The notes under the pieces were generated by a model. That model had not been told where the DNA came from and did not search any database. It was given only the letters and a program-made list of their open reading frames with translations. This document shows, piece after piece, positions 58,101 to 64,000 of a stretch of 64,000 bases of DNA. The translations under genes were made by a program, and so were the position numbers. The stretch spans positions 257,625 through 321,624 of IMG/VR virus record IMGVR_UViG_3300005613_000002; one strand, given 5' to 3'. Position 1 is the first letter of the stretch, and the number at the start of each line of letters is the position of its first letter.

Positions 58101-58367
58101 TGATTTATCGAGATTTAACACAGCATTTGTTGTATAATCGTATATTATTTCTGATTCAGTTTCTGAAACATCCATTGTTTCTAATGTTACAGTTTTAACA
58201 AAAGAAGTTAAAGTATCACTATAATCAATAGGAATTCTTTTATCAAAATTTGATGTGACTGTAAATCCACCAAATGAAAATATTGTTTGAGAAGTAGTAT
58301 TATTAAAATTACTACCATTTAGATTCGAATCAAGATAATTATTATTTACAACTTTAACTTTTCCCAC
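55176..58367 (-). CDS. baseplate wedge-like protein (P2 gpI-like segment plus beta-rich domains)
   Basis: IPDQLIKNLSRTFGWD...WRRILMN...KTKGTREAIKAMFLLIG; GTG start; late motif at 58383-58390. Confidence 0.6.
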   Translation of the reverse strand: MGKVKVVNNNYLDSNLNGSNFNNTTSQTIFSFGGFTVTSNFDKRIPIDYSDTLTSFVKTVTLETMDVSETESEIIYDYTTNAVLNLDKSDLNTFIRFGSGYEYLRVSIENIITSYKASLFMSSQISRNNNITYYDYVYDSISDTSTFTVPTNCIVNTFGLVYNYGNTSSPDDEDLKNINLSYDKYIIWIPSNPDNSTSNVIGYTGNTSVDKNVRFKVNGNPFSMITTDSSSLDFHLKPNSVVFEEFRMSLTQYERYIISERDGIDGFNFEIKDPTLLDDGNIIYSDTSLLWKTSDGYNIDINTPDYNKFLEILLTIGSKYDKIKTDLIARFLTPASLKAYDLTEDGKMTKLLRIYGREFDQLRMFIDSLANINKVTYDKKDNIPDQLIKNLSRTFGWDYFSLVNEQELVSSFFSIDEDERNLNSDLMPSEIDIELWRRILMNTSYFWKTKGTREAIKAMFLLIGIPEPFINITEHVYTVEGKINPNTVPLTIDEFPSNSLPYDSDGYPSAPLETNDFYFQMSGNTDSGQAYLDAFRMAGFNLTKTVDNKKSWSQSGETIRIDDTTPQYYQEDSKLVINTKEVGISLDASRGVEYDIYEYVKKDYAINSAGYTLPYSYVNISMSFTGSENTFPLPSSYDSPKVQGDLEVRFNGTLLNPPSTGNTTGTTITSYEADYTIDSVTKTFTLTSGAYAKNNSSRRDVVQATFVYSGATSPVSGITVQYVVTRVRANPNGTIVPLPSYPRGDIQVTINGVALTKGTSQFNGDYILDPNNTTGSSQIIIQNTDVISFLQVNPEIQIAYVDVIGSDDISARNEVIRIDSFNSSKIYYNTSFNKYVYKLNYKVVDASNVKILIDGIALEPNMDYTVNAQNKYEIFLPKGLKYGSVISVYYLVANNAYFTSMADDILPDEDIENMTFLEFIVFMQKRLINVRNRKTISDFKGGWYPTLLKIYIEYLKRSKLPDDDPLKSNGYSFHNLYLFLGKYNSFFQKFILQLLPATIIIMGNGEGVSEIRNTVFTKQKFMYRIGVNLYSEDSTNVDIRGREMVKYLGDDSSVFLIKQGNIN

Positions 58368-58391
58368 TGTTTTTGTTTTAATATAAATACG

Positions 58392-58438
58392 TTAAAACAA
58401 AAAATCCCAATTAATAACATCGGGATTTTTTGTTTTAA
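58392..58438. terminator. intrinsic terminator
   Basis: 17-bp stem TTAAAACAAAAAATCCC/GGGATTTTTTGTTTTAA, 13-nt loop. Confidence 0.8.
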
Positions 58439-58450
58439 TTAAATTGTATC

Positions 58451-59356
58451 TTATATATCAGAAATAATTTCTTCAAAATCTTGTGATTCATCAATATTTG
58501 TCCTTTTTTGTCTTACTTCATATAGTGAAACATCAGTAACATCATCTTTAATTTCAAATAAATCAACTTGCCTTGTAATTACTCTATTTTTATCGTAATA
58601 TGTTAATATTCCATTTTGAACATCTTTTGTTTGTTCACCAACTACAATATCTGATAATGTATCAATTGTGTTTTCAACTAAATCAACCTCAACAACTAAT
58701 GGTGAAAAATATGTGTTACTCAATAATATTGTCTGACCAATATTCCCAATAAATGGTGTTGCATTTGGTTTAACATCTGATGAACTACTTGGTGTTAATT
58801 GTAAAAATAATTGTGTTCCAGAATCATCAAAACGATATCTTTGTGTTTTTTGACTCGTATCACCAACATTGTCTGAAGATATCGATACTCTATTAGAGGT
58901 AACAACATATCTAACAACATTTCTTAATTTAGTCCCATCAGCATTAACATATTCAATACGATAACCCTGTAACGCATTGTTTGTTTTCATTGCTTCTGGT
59001 AATGTGTTAATGTCTAAAACAATTCCTTTTACTGTTGGTAATGCGGATAATACACTACAATCATTAATTACTGTTGCAGTTGTTTTAGGTTTAATATAAA
59101 TGGTATAAATTCCTAATTGATTGAATGTTGTTGCTGGTAATTTCAAATTATATAAACCCTCTAACAAATTTTCAACACCAACAGCGTTTTCATCATCATC
59201 AGGTAAATAACAATATTCAAGCATATCGCTAGTATTTGATATTTTAAAAATATCAATATTTTCTGTATATCTATCTGGTGTGTAGTTGTAATAGATTTCA
59301 ATATCATCTATACTTACATCAGCAGGTCTTGTTATTCCTATTGTTCCAATTGCCAT
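58451..59356 (-). CDS. putative virion structural protein
   Basis: 301 aa beta-rich protein inside the baseplate cluster. Confidence 0.55.
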   Translation of the reverse strand: MAIGTIGITRPADVSIDDIEIYYNYTPDRYTENIDIFKISNTSDMLEYCYLPDDDENAVGVENLLEGLYNLKLPATTFNQLGIYTIYIKPKTTATVINDCSVLSALPTVKGIVLDINTLPEAMKTNNALQGYRIEYVNADGTKLRNVVRYVVTSNRVSISSDNVGDTSQKTQRYRFDDSGTQLFLQLTPSSSSDVKPNATPFIGNIGQTILLSNTYFSPLVVEVDLVENTIDTLSDIVVGEQTKDVQNGILTYYDKNRVITRQVDLFEIKDDVTDVSLYEVRQKRTNIDESQDFEEIISDI

Positions 59357-59383
59357 TTTATATTAAAGATATATTTTTTTCAT

Positions 59384-59833
59384 TTATGTATTTTTTACAA
59401 TATTAAAATAATTTCCACCTGCATACGTATTCAAATCATTTAAATTTTTCACATATTCAAGTCTATAATTATTTTCAAAGGCAGATAATTCTTGTCTTAT
59501 AATAAATACATCATCATTAATTTTTGGCTCACTAATTATATTTTCCTTATTTGGGTCTTTATAATATGGAACATTAATGAAATTTAATGTATTTCCAGTT
59601 CCCAATGGTGTGTATACAGTATATGTCATTCCAGAAGATTCACCAGAAATTTCATCAACATATTTAATACCACCAATATAATAAATTATACGAGTTGTTT
59701 CAATTGAATTTCCATAATCAACACCATCATTATTAATATCACCATTAGCTACATATTTATTTAAAAAAACATTAGTTATAGTGTATTTACGTAATTCACT
59801 TAGTCTACTTATTGATGTGCCAGTAATTTCCAT
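59384..59833 (-). CDS. putative virion structural protein
   Basis: 149 aa inside the baseplate cluster. Confidence 0.5.
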   Translation of the reverse strand: MEITGTSISRLSELRKYTITNVFLNKYVANGDINNDGVDYGNSIETTRIIYYIGGIKYVDEISGESSGMTYTVYTPLGTGNTLNFINVPYYKDPNKENIISEPKINDDVFIIRQELSAFENNYRLEYVKNLNDLNTYAGGNYFNIVKNT

Positions 59834-59842
59834 TTCAAATTA

Positions 59843-61105
59843 TTAAGTTATTGATGAATTTGTTAATCCTACTTGATAATATTTTTTTCCACCATTAATA
59901 ATATATTCTCTGCTATCCAAACCACTTACTACTAATTCTTCAACTGTCGAACTTGAATATTCTGGTGTTGTTCCATCCCATGCACGTATATTTAATTCAT
60001 CAGCAACATTATCAATTCTACATGCAATTCCATAAAGAGTTTGACCTAATCCATTTTCACTACCAGCAAAGACTAAACCAACTATTTTTTCAACACCACC
60101 AATATCAGCAATTAATGCAGACCCAGAATCACCACCAGATATTGGGTCAAAACAAGCTGAACCACTTGGTGTTGTAGAAGCACTAGCAATAAATTTAATA
60201 CAATCAGTAAATGAAACAGTTTGACTACCACCTTGTTTATAATATGAAATGTTAAGTGATTGAGTTACACTTGTTGATAATAATTTCATTCTACCCTCAC
60301 CTTTTGCACCAGTTGTTCTACCAGCACTATATAATCTATTATACATTAATAATGCATCAATTTCTGCTGTTGTAGCAAATGGAAGTGCCGTTGTTATACC
60401 AGTTAACCCATAATACTTATAACTTTCACTGGTTGATACAACACCACTATCAATTGTTGTTAAAGCACCATCAACTTTATTCGAAGCAGAAGATGTTAAT
60501 GGAACATATCTTTTAACTTTACCAATATAATTAATTCCATATCCATAATTATAACCACTCCCCGGTTCACTTGGATGTGGTTGCACATCACCATCACCAG
60601 AAACACTAGTAATTATGCTTGGGTTTGTCCTTTCTGTTGCAATAAAAGCATCATCAACTAACACGTGATTATTAGAAACACCAACTAATGTATCATCATC
60701 ATTATCAATAGCTAAAAACCCTAGTGTCCCAACTGTAGATGGTGCTGATTGATAATTAGTTGTAGAAACTCCCCCTTTTAATGGTCTAATCATTCTTCTA
60801 TTATCTGGAGGTGTTGCTGGATTCTGCCATGTATAGAATTCAATTGGACAATCTTCTAATAATACAAAATTTCCCTGTACTACATCAGTATTAAACTTTT
60901 CACCATAATAAGTAATTTCTTCAGGTATTACTTGATTTGATTTTAATTTATCTATTGGTAATTTTTCCTTCACAGTAAAAGAAAGAACCATTTCATCAGT
61001 AATTTTACCCCCAACAATATTATGAGTATAAGAAACCCCAACAATATTATCATCGGTTTCTTTTAAATATTTCTCAGTTAATTTTGATAATGTTTTATTT
61101 TTCAT
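59843..61105 (-). CDS. trypsin-like (S1, Nal1-like) serine protease with N-terminal prodomain
   Basis: GTLG...SNNHVL (H), VDGAL (D), GGDSGS (S), VGLVFAG. Confidence 0.85.
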   Translation of the reverse strand: MKNKTLSKLTEKYLKETDDNIVGVSYTHNIVGGKITDEMVLSFTVKEKLPIDKLKSNQVIPEEITYYGEKFNTDVVQGNFVLLEDCPIEFYTWQNPATPPDNRRMIRPLKGGVSTTNYQSAPSTVGTLGFLAIDNDDDTLVGVSNNHVLVDDAFIATERTNPSIITSVSGDGDVQPHPSEPGSGYNYGYGINYIGKVKRYVPLTSSASNKVDGALTTIDSGVVSTSESYKYYGLTGITTALPFATTAEIDALLMYNRLYSAGRTTGAKGEGRMKLLSTSVTQSLNISYYKQGGSQTVSFTDCIKFIASASTTPSGSACFDPISGGDSGSALIADIGGVEKIVGLVFAGSENGLGQTLYGIACRIDNVADELNIRAWDGTTPEYSSSTVEELVVSGLDSREYIINGGKKYYQVGLTNSSIT

Positions 61106-61109
61106 TTTA

Positions 61110-63098
61110 TTATATTGTTGGTATATGTATAAATAATGTGTTAACTGTTGGACTTGGTGCTAATGTTGTCGTTGTTGTAGTCCCTGTTGGTGCTAATGTT
61201 GTCGTTGTTGTGGTCACAATTGGTGTGTCAGGGCAAGACATAATATAATTCCATGCTGTACCATTCATTGGTGCATAAACTTCAATTCTGGCAGTTTGTG
61301 TTATTGTATTTTTATTAAAACTATCATTACCTGATGGACTTCCATCAATCCAAGGATAACCATCTGGAGCATAATTTAAATTACCAACATCTGGATATGT
61401 CACACCTAATATTGGGTCAACTTTACCAGTTAATGAATCCGTAAATCTTACTCTATTTAACCCACCATAATTAAAATAAGAATCACCTCTATAACCAGTA
61501 TCAATTACTGTATTATTATCAAAGAAGACAATAAACCTATCTGGAATTCCAATAGCATTGTATTCTAATATTACATTACCACCATATTGACCCAAGAATA
61601 CGTTTTGTGTTGTAGGATAACTAATTCCACCACTAAATGAAGTTGAATCATCACACTGAATTAACCCAGATGTTGTTGGTGGTACTGGTTCTAATGTTGT
61701 GGTAGTTGTTGTTGGTTCTAATGTCGTTGTTGGACAAGGTGGGCAAGGAGGACATTCTTTTAAACCACCAAAACCTCCAACACCATAATCAGGAAGCGTC
61801 CAAGACCTATTTGATTTATATGATATGGCATTTAATATTTCTTGGTCTTCTATAACAAAGACCTTTAAACCAATAAACACTTTTCCAATAATATTTAAAT
61901 TATCATCAGCTAAATCATAATATTCAATATCTAATGATTTTGTTTCACCAGTTAATATTTTAACATCACCAGTAGCCTTAAACATCGCACCTAATGTCCT
62001 TGTGCTTGATTTATGCCACATAATTGTTGGTAAGTTTAGTGTTGGTGTGTCTGAATGAAATTCTTCACCATAGACATTAGCTGGTGAACTATTTGTATAA
62101 TGGATTAAACCTAATTTTTTATAAACAGGTGCTTGATTTTGAATATATGAGACAAAACCACCAACTGTTCTACTTTTAAATTGCCCAAAAACTTTATCTC
62201 CTGCTTGAATACCTGCAACTTCTTCAGTAAAAATTACATGCATGTTCCAATAAGGGAACACATCAATTGGATATTGATAATTAGCTATAAATTGTAATAC
62301 TTCATCACTTAAATAATCAGTTGAATATTCATGTTGATATGTTAATCCACTATAATATACTAGTGCACCAGCAATTGCAGTTGGTGAATATAAAGTAAAG
62401 TCTGGTAATTCTCTATCTACTTGAACCAATAAATCATCATTATTAGTATCACCACTCACACCAGCAATACGGTACATTAAATGTGCTGTTGGTAGTGTTT
62501 TATTTATTATATGTCCAGTAGTATCAGTATCTTGAGTATACTTAATAAACAATAAATCATTAATTGCTGGCTCATATCCGCTTGTTCCAAAAGTCGGTGC
62601 TTTTCTTAGTGATATTAAATCACCACCTGTGACTCCACTCATATATACCATTAAATCAGGTTGTTTAACATGTAAACCATCAGTAAGATATGTTGTTATT
62701 GTTTCATCGAAAAACCCTAAAGAAACAGCAGATGTTGTCGCAGTATATCCAGTTCCAAGTAAAATTGCTGTAGTTGCACTTGTACCAGTAGTTGCTGTTG
62801 TTCCAGTAATAATCTCAATATAACCATCAGTATTTCCTGTAGTACCAGTATCACCAGTAATTGGAATTATCGATAAAATCTTAGGATTCTTGTCTTTTGG
62901 CTTTAAAATACTTGAATCAACAGAATTATAATCTGGGTCAATTTCATCATTAATCTCATTAATAAATTCATAATCGATTTCACTATCACCAAGTGCTAAA
63001 TATTTAAACGTTAATTCACCCTTAGATATTTGCTCCCTACCTTTAGATGTTAACATTATATTTAATAAAACCGTTTCTTTCCTATCAATGAATGCCAT
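61110..63098 (-). CDS. shorter paralog of the 51190-55128 baseplate/fibre-associated protein
   Basis: Same N-terminal ~450 aa, CPPCP hinge, Thr-rich linker, PDRFIV module; AGTATTTAT at 63114-63122. Confidence 0.7.
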   Translation of the reverse strand: MAFIDRKETVLLNIMLTSKGREQISKGELTFKYLALGDSEIDYEFINEINDEIDPDYNSVDSSILKPKDKNPKILSIIPITGDTGTTGNTDGYIEIITGTTATTGTSATTAILLGTGYTATTSAVSLGFFDETITTYLTDGLHVKQPDLMVYMSGVTGGDLISLRKAPTFGTSGYEPAINDLLFIKYTQDTDTTGHIINKTLPTAHLMYRIAGVSGDTNNDDLLVQVDRELPDFTLYSPTAIAGALVYYSGLTYQHEYSTDYLSDEVLQFIANYQYPIDVFPYWNMHVIFTEEVAGIQAGDKVFGQFKSRTVGGFVSYIQNQAPVYKKLGLIHYTNSSPANVYGEEFHSDTPTLNLPTIMWHKSSTRTLGAMFKATGDVKILTGETKSLDIEYYDLADDNLNIIGKVFIGLKVFVIEDQEILNAISYKSNRSWTLPDYGVGGFGGLKECPPCPPCPTTTLEPTTTTTTLEPVPPTTSGLIQCDDSTSFSGGISYPTTQNVFLGQYGGNVILEYNAIGIPDRFIVFFDNNTVIDTGYRGDSYFNYGGLNRVRFTDSLTGKVDPILGVTYPDVGNLNYAPDGYPWIDGSPSGNDSFNKNTITQTARIEVYAPMNGTAWNYIMSCPDTPIVTTTTTTLAPTGTTTTTTLAPSPTVNTLFIHIPTI

Positions 63099-63133
63099 TG
63101 TTTATTTTTTTATATAAATACTTAATTAATTAT

Positions 63134-64000
63134 TTATATAGGCAAGACTTGTATTATCATACTTTGTAAATCACTATTTTTGACTGATGAAAAACTATAT
63201 GTTGGTGTAACACCATCAGATGGTTGTTTAATTACTTCCACACTATAACGATTTCTATTACCAGAATTTAGACCTTGAATTCTTATCCAACCTAATTTTG
63301 ATTCATTAATACCTGTACCTGAAAATTCTGTAGGGTCAAGAATATTAGTCTTAAACACTACTTCTAATGAGTTAGTTATTCCACTAGCCAATGATGCTTC
63401 TAATGTTGAAGTAGTGTGTGCACTATATGAATAATTTTCAGATGTAACAGTTGAGAAATATGGTGCTGATGTCTTTCCTAATATTGTAACTTTTGTACCC
63501 CAACAAGCACTTGCTGTCCCAAAGTTCATAGTTGATGTTGGACTTGATAAATCACTAGCTTCAACAATTTTCCACCATAAAGATAAACTAGGTAAATCAC
63601 TATCGCTTTCAACTTTTTTAATTAATGTCCAACTACCAGATGGGTCTGAAATTGTTGTGTTATTAACGCAACCAACAAATAAAAACATAATTTCACCAAC
63701 TGTTGCACCCGATGGTGTTACAACATCAATTGAACTAACTGGTGTAACTATATCAGTATCTGATGATGTCATTACTGCTGGTGTTCTACTTAGAAAATCT
63801 AATTCAAGTATTTCCTGTTGAATATCACACTCTAATGTTGTAGGTGCTACCGTTGTAGTAGGTTCTAATGTAGTTGGCTCAACCGTTGTAGTTGGTTCAA
63901 CTGTTGTAGTTGGTTCTAATGTAGTTGGTTCAACTGTTGTAGTTGGTTCTACCGTTGTAGTAGGTTCTAATGTAGTTGGCTCAACCGTTGTAGTTGGTTC
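63134..64000 (-). CDS. 3' part of another Thr-rich virion protein (start beyond window end)
   Basis: Frame of track ORF 63134-63772 stays open to 64000 through ...TTVAPTTLECDIQQ...; C-terminal beta-sandwich with PSG..GE...SWTL...LWWK pattern. Confidence 0.75.
   Translation of the reverse strand, partial: EPTTTVEPTTLEPTTTVEPTTTVEPTTLEPTTTVEPTTTVEPTTLEPTTTVAPTTLECDIQQEILELDFLSRTPAVMTSSDTDIVTPVSSIDVVTPSGATVGEIMFLFVGCVNNTTISDPSGSWTLIKKVESDSDLPSLSLWWKIVEASDLSSPTSTMNFGTASACWGTKVTILGKTSAPYFSTVTSENYSYSAHTTSTLEASLASGITNSLEVVFKTNILDPTEFSGTGINESKLGWIRIQGLNSGNRNRYSVEVIKQPSDGVTPTYSFSSVKNSDLQSMIIQVLPI
63830..64000 (-). repeat. coding Thr-rich tandem repeat, truncated by window end
   Basis: TTTVEP/TTLEP units. 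Confidence 0.88.

Noticed and set aside
2211-62823. Short antisense or alternate-frame ORFs in the track (e.g. 2211, 9737, 9990, 14061, 18570, 22671, 22805, 23618, 25688, 28440, 31612, 31719, 33024, 34554, 34815, 40007, 40056, 41265, 44790, 45601, 45762, 48391, 48821, 49357, 51239, 54761, 55180, 59953, 62629)
   Set aside because: They lie within longer genes that have recognisable motifs and show shadow-frame composition (for example VVVGS repeats antisense to TTTEP), with no promoters of their own.
1-64000. Alternative genetic code (TAG/TGA recoding as in some large gut phages)
   Set aside because: Standard-code ORFs tile the window densely and recognised enzymes are full length without internal stops.
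1-64000. tRNA, rRNA or other structured RNA genes
   Set aside because: Intergenic gaps are short and explained by promoters, terminators or small ORFs; no cloverleaf or T-loop motif was seen by eye. tRNAscan-SE or Infernal would be decisive.
1-64000. Eukaryotic giant virus origin suggested by mucin-like repeats and a plant-like GT
   Set aside because: Bacterial-type sigma factor, peptidoglycan amidase and SLT, intrinsic terminators and Bacteroidota promoters indicate a bacteriophage.

Overview
This is a 64 kb, very AT-rich, gene-dense segment of a large tailed bacteriophage (jumbo/huge-phage style), mostly coded on the minus strand in the standard code. The host is inferred to be Bacteroidota, from four TTG-N19/20-TAnnTTTG promoters, FISUMP domains and a T9SS type-B C-terminal domain. 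The left part (1-24 kb) holds small accessory genes plus DNA/RNA metabolism: Dda helicase, a freestanding GIY-YIG endonuclease, a Pth2-like protein, Thg1, an Rnl2-like RNA ligase, DNA ligase, an ATP-grasp protein, thioredoxin, DUF262, a GNAT and an SLT. The middle (24-41 kb) holds an amidase endolysin, putative head-internal proteins, dCMP deaminase, an SbcD-SbcC fusion, Hsp20, an ECF sigma factor, primase and RuvC. The right part (41.5-64 kb) is a late virion/baseplate cluster. The standout candidate system is in that cluster: at least six virion-type proteins carry mucin-like Thr-rich (T)TT[VLI]EP repeat linkers, and they are followed by three glycosyltransferases. One resembles plant peptidyl O-glycosyltransferases (HPAT/SGT1) and two are fused to SUEL-like lectin domains, suggesting a phage-encoded virion O-glycosylation ('phage mucin') pathway. 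Also notable: three promoter classes readable from sequence (host sigma, ECF-type TGTAAC-N16-CGTA, late AGTATTTAT), circularly permuted FISUMP domains, a virion protein ending in a T9SS type-B CTD, a candidate protease-processed internal-head polyprotein and two pseudoenzymes. All family calls come from motif recognition by eye; no database searches were run.
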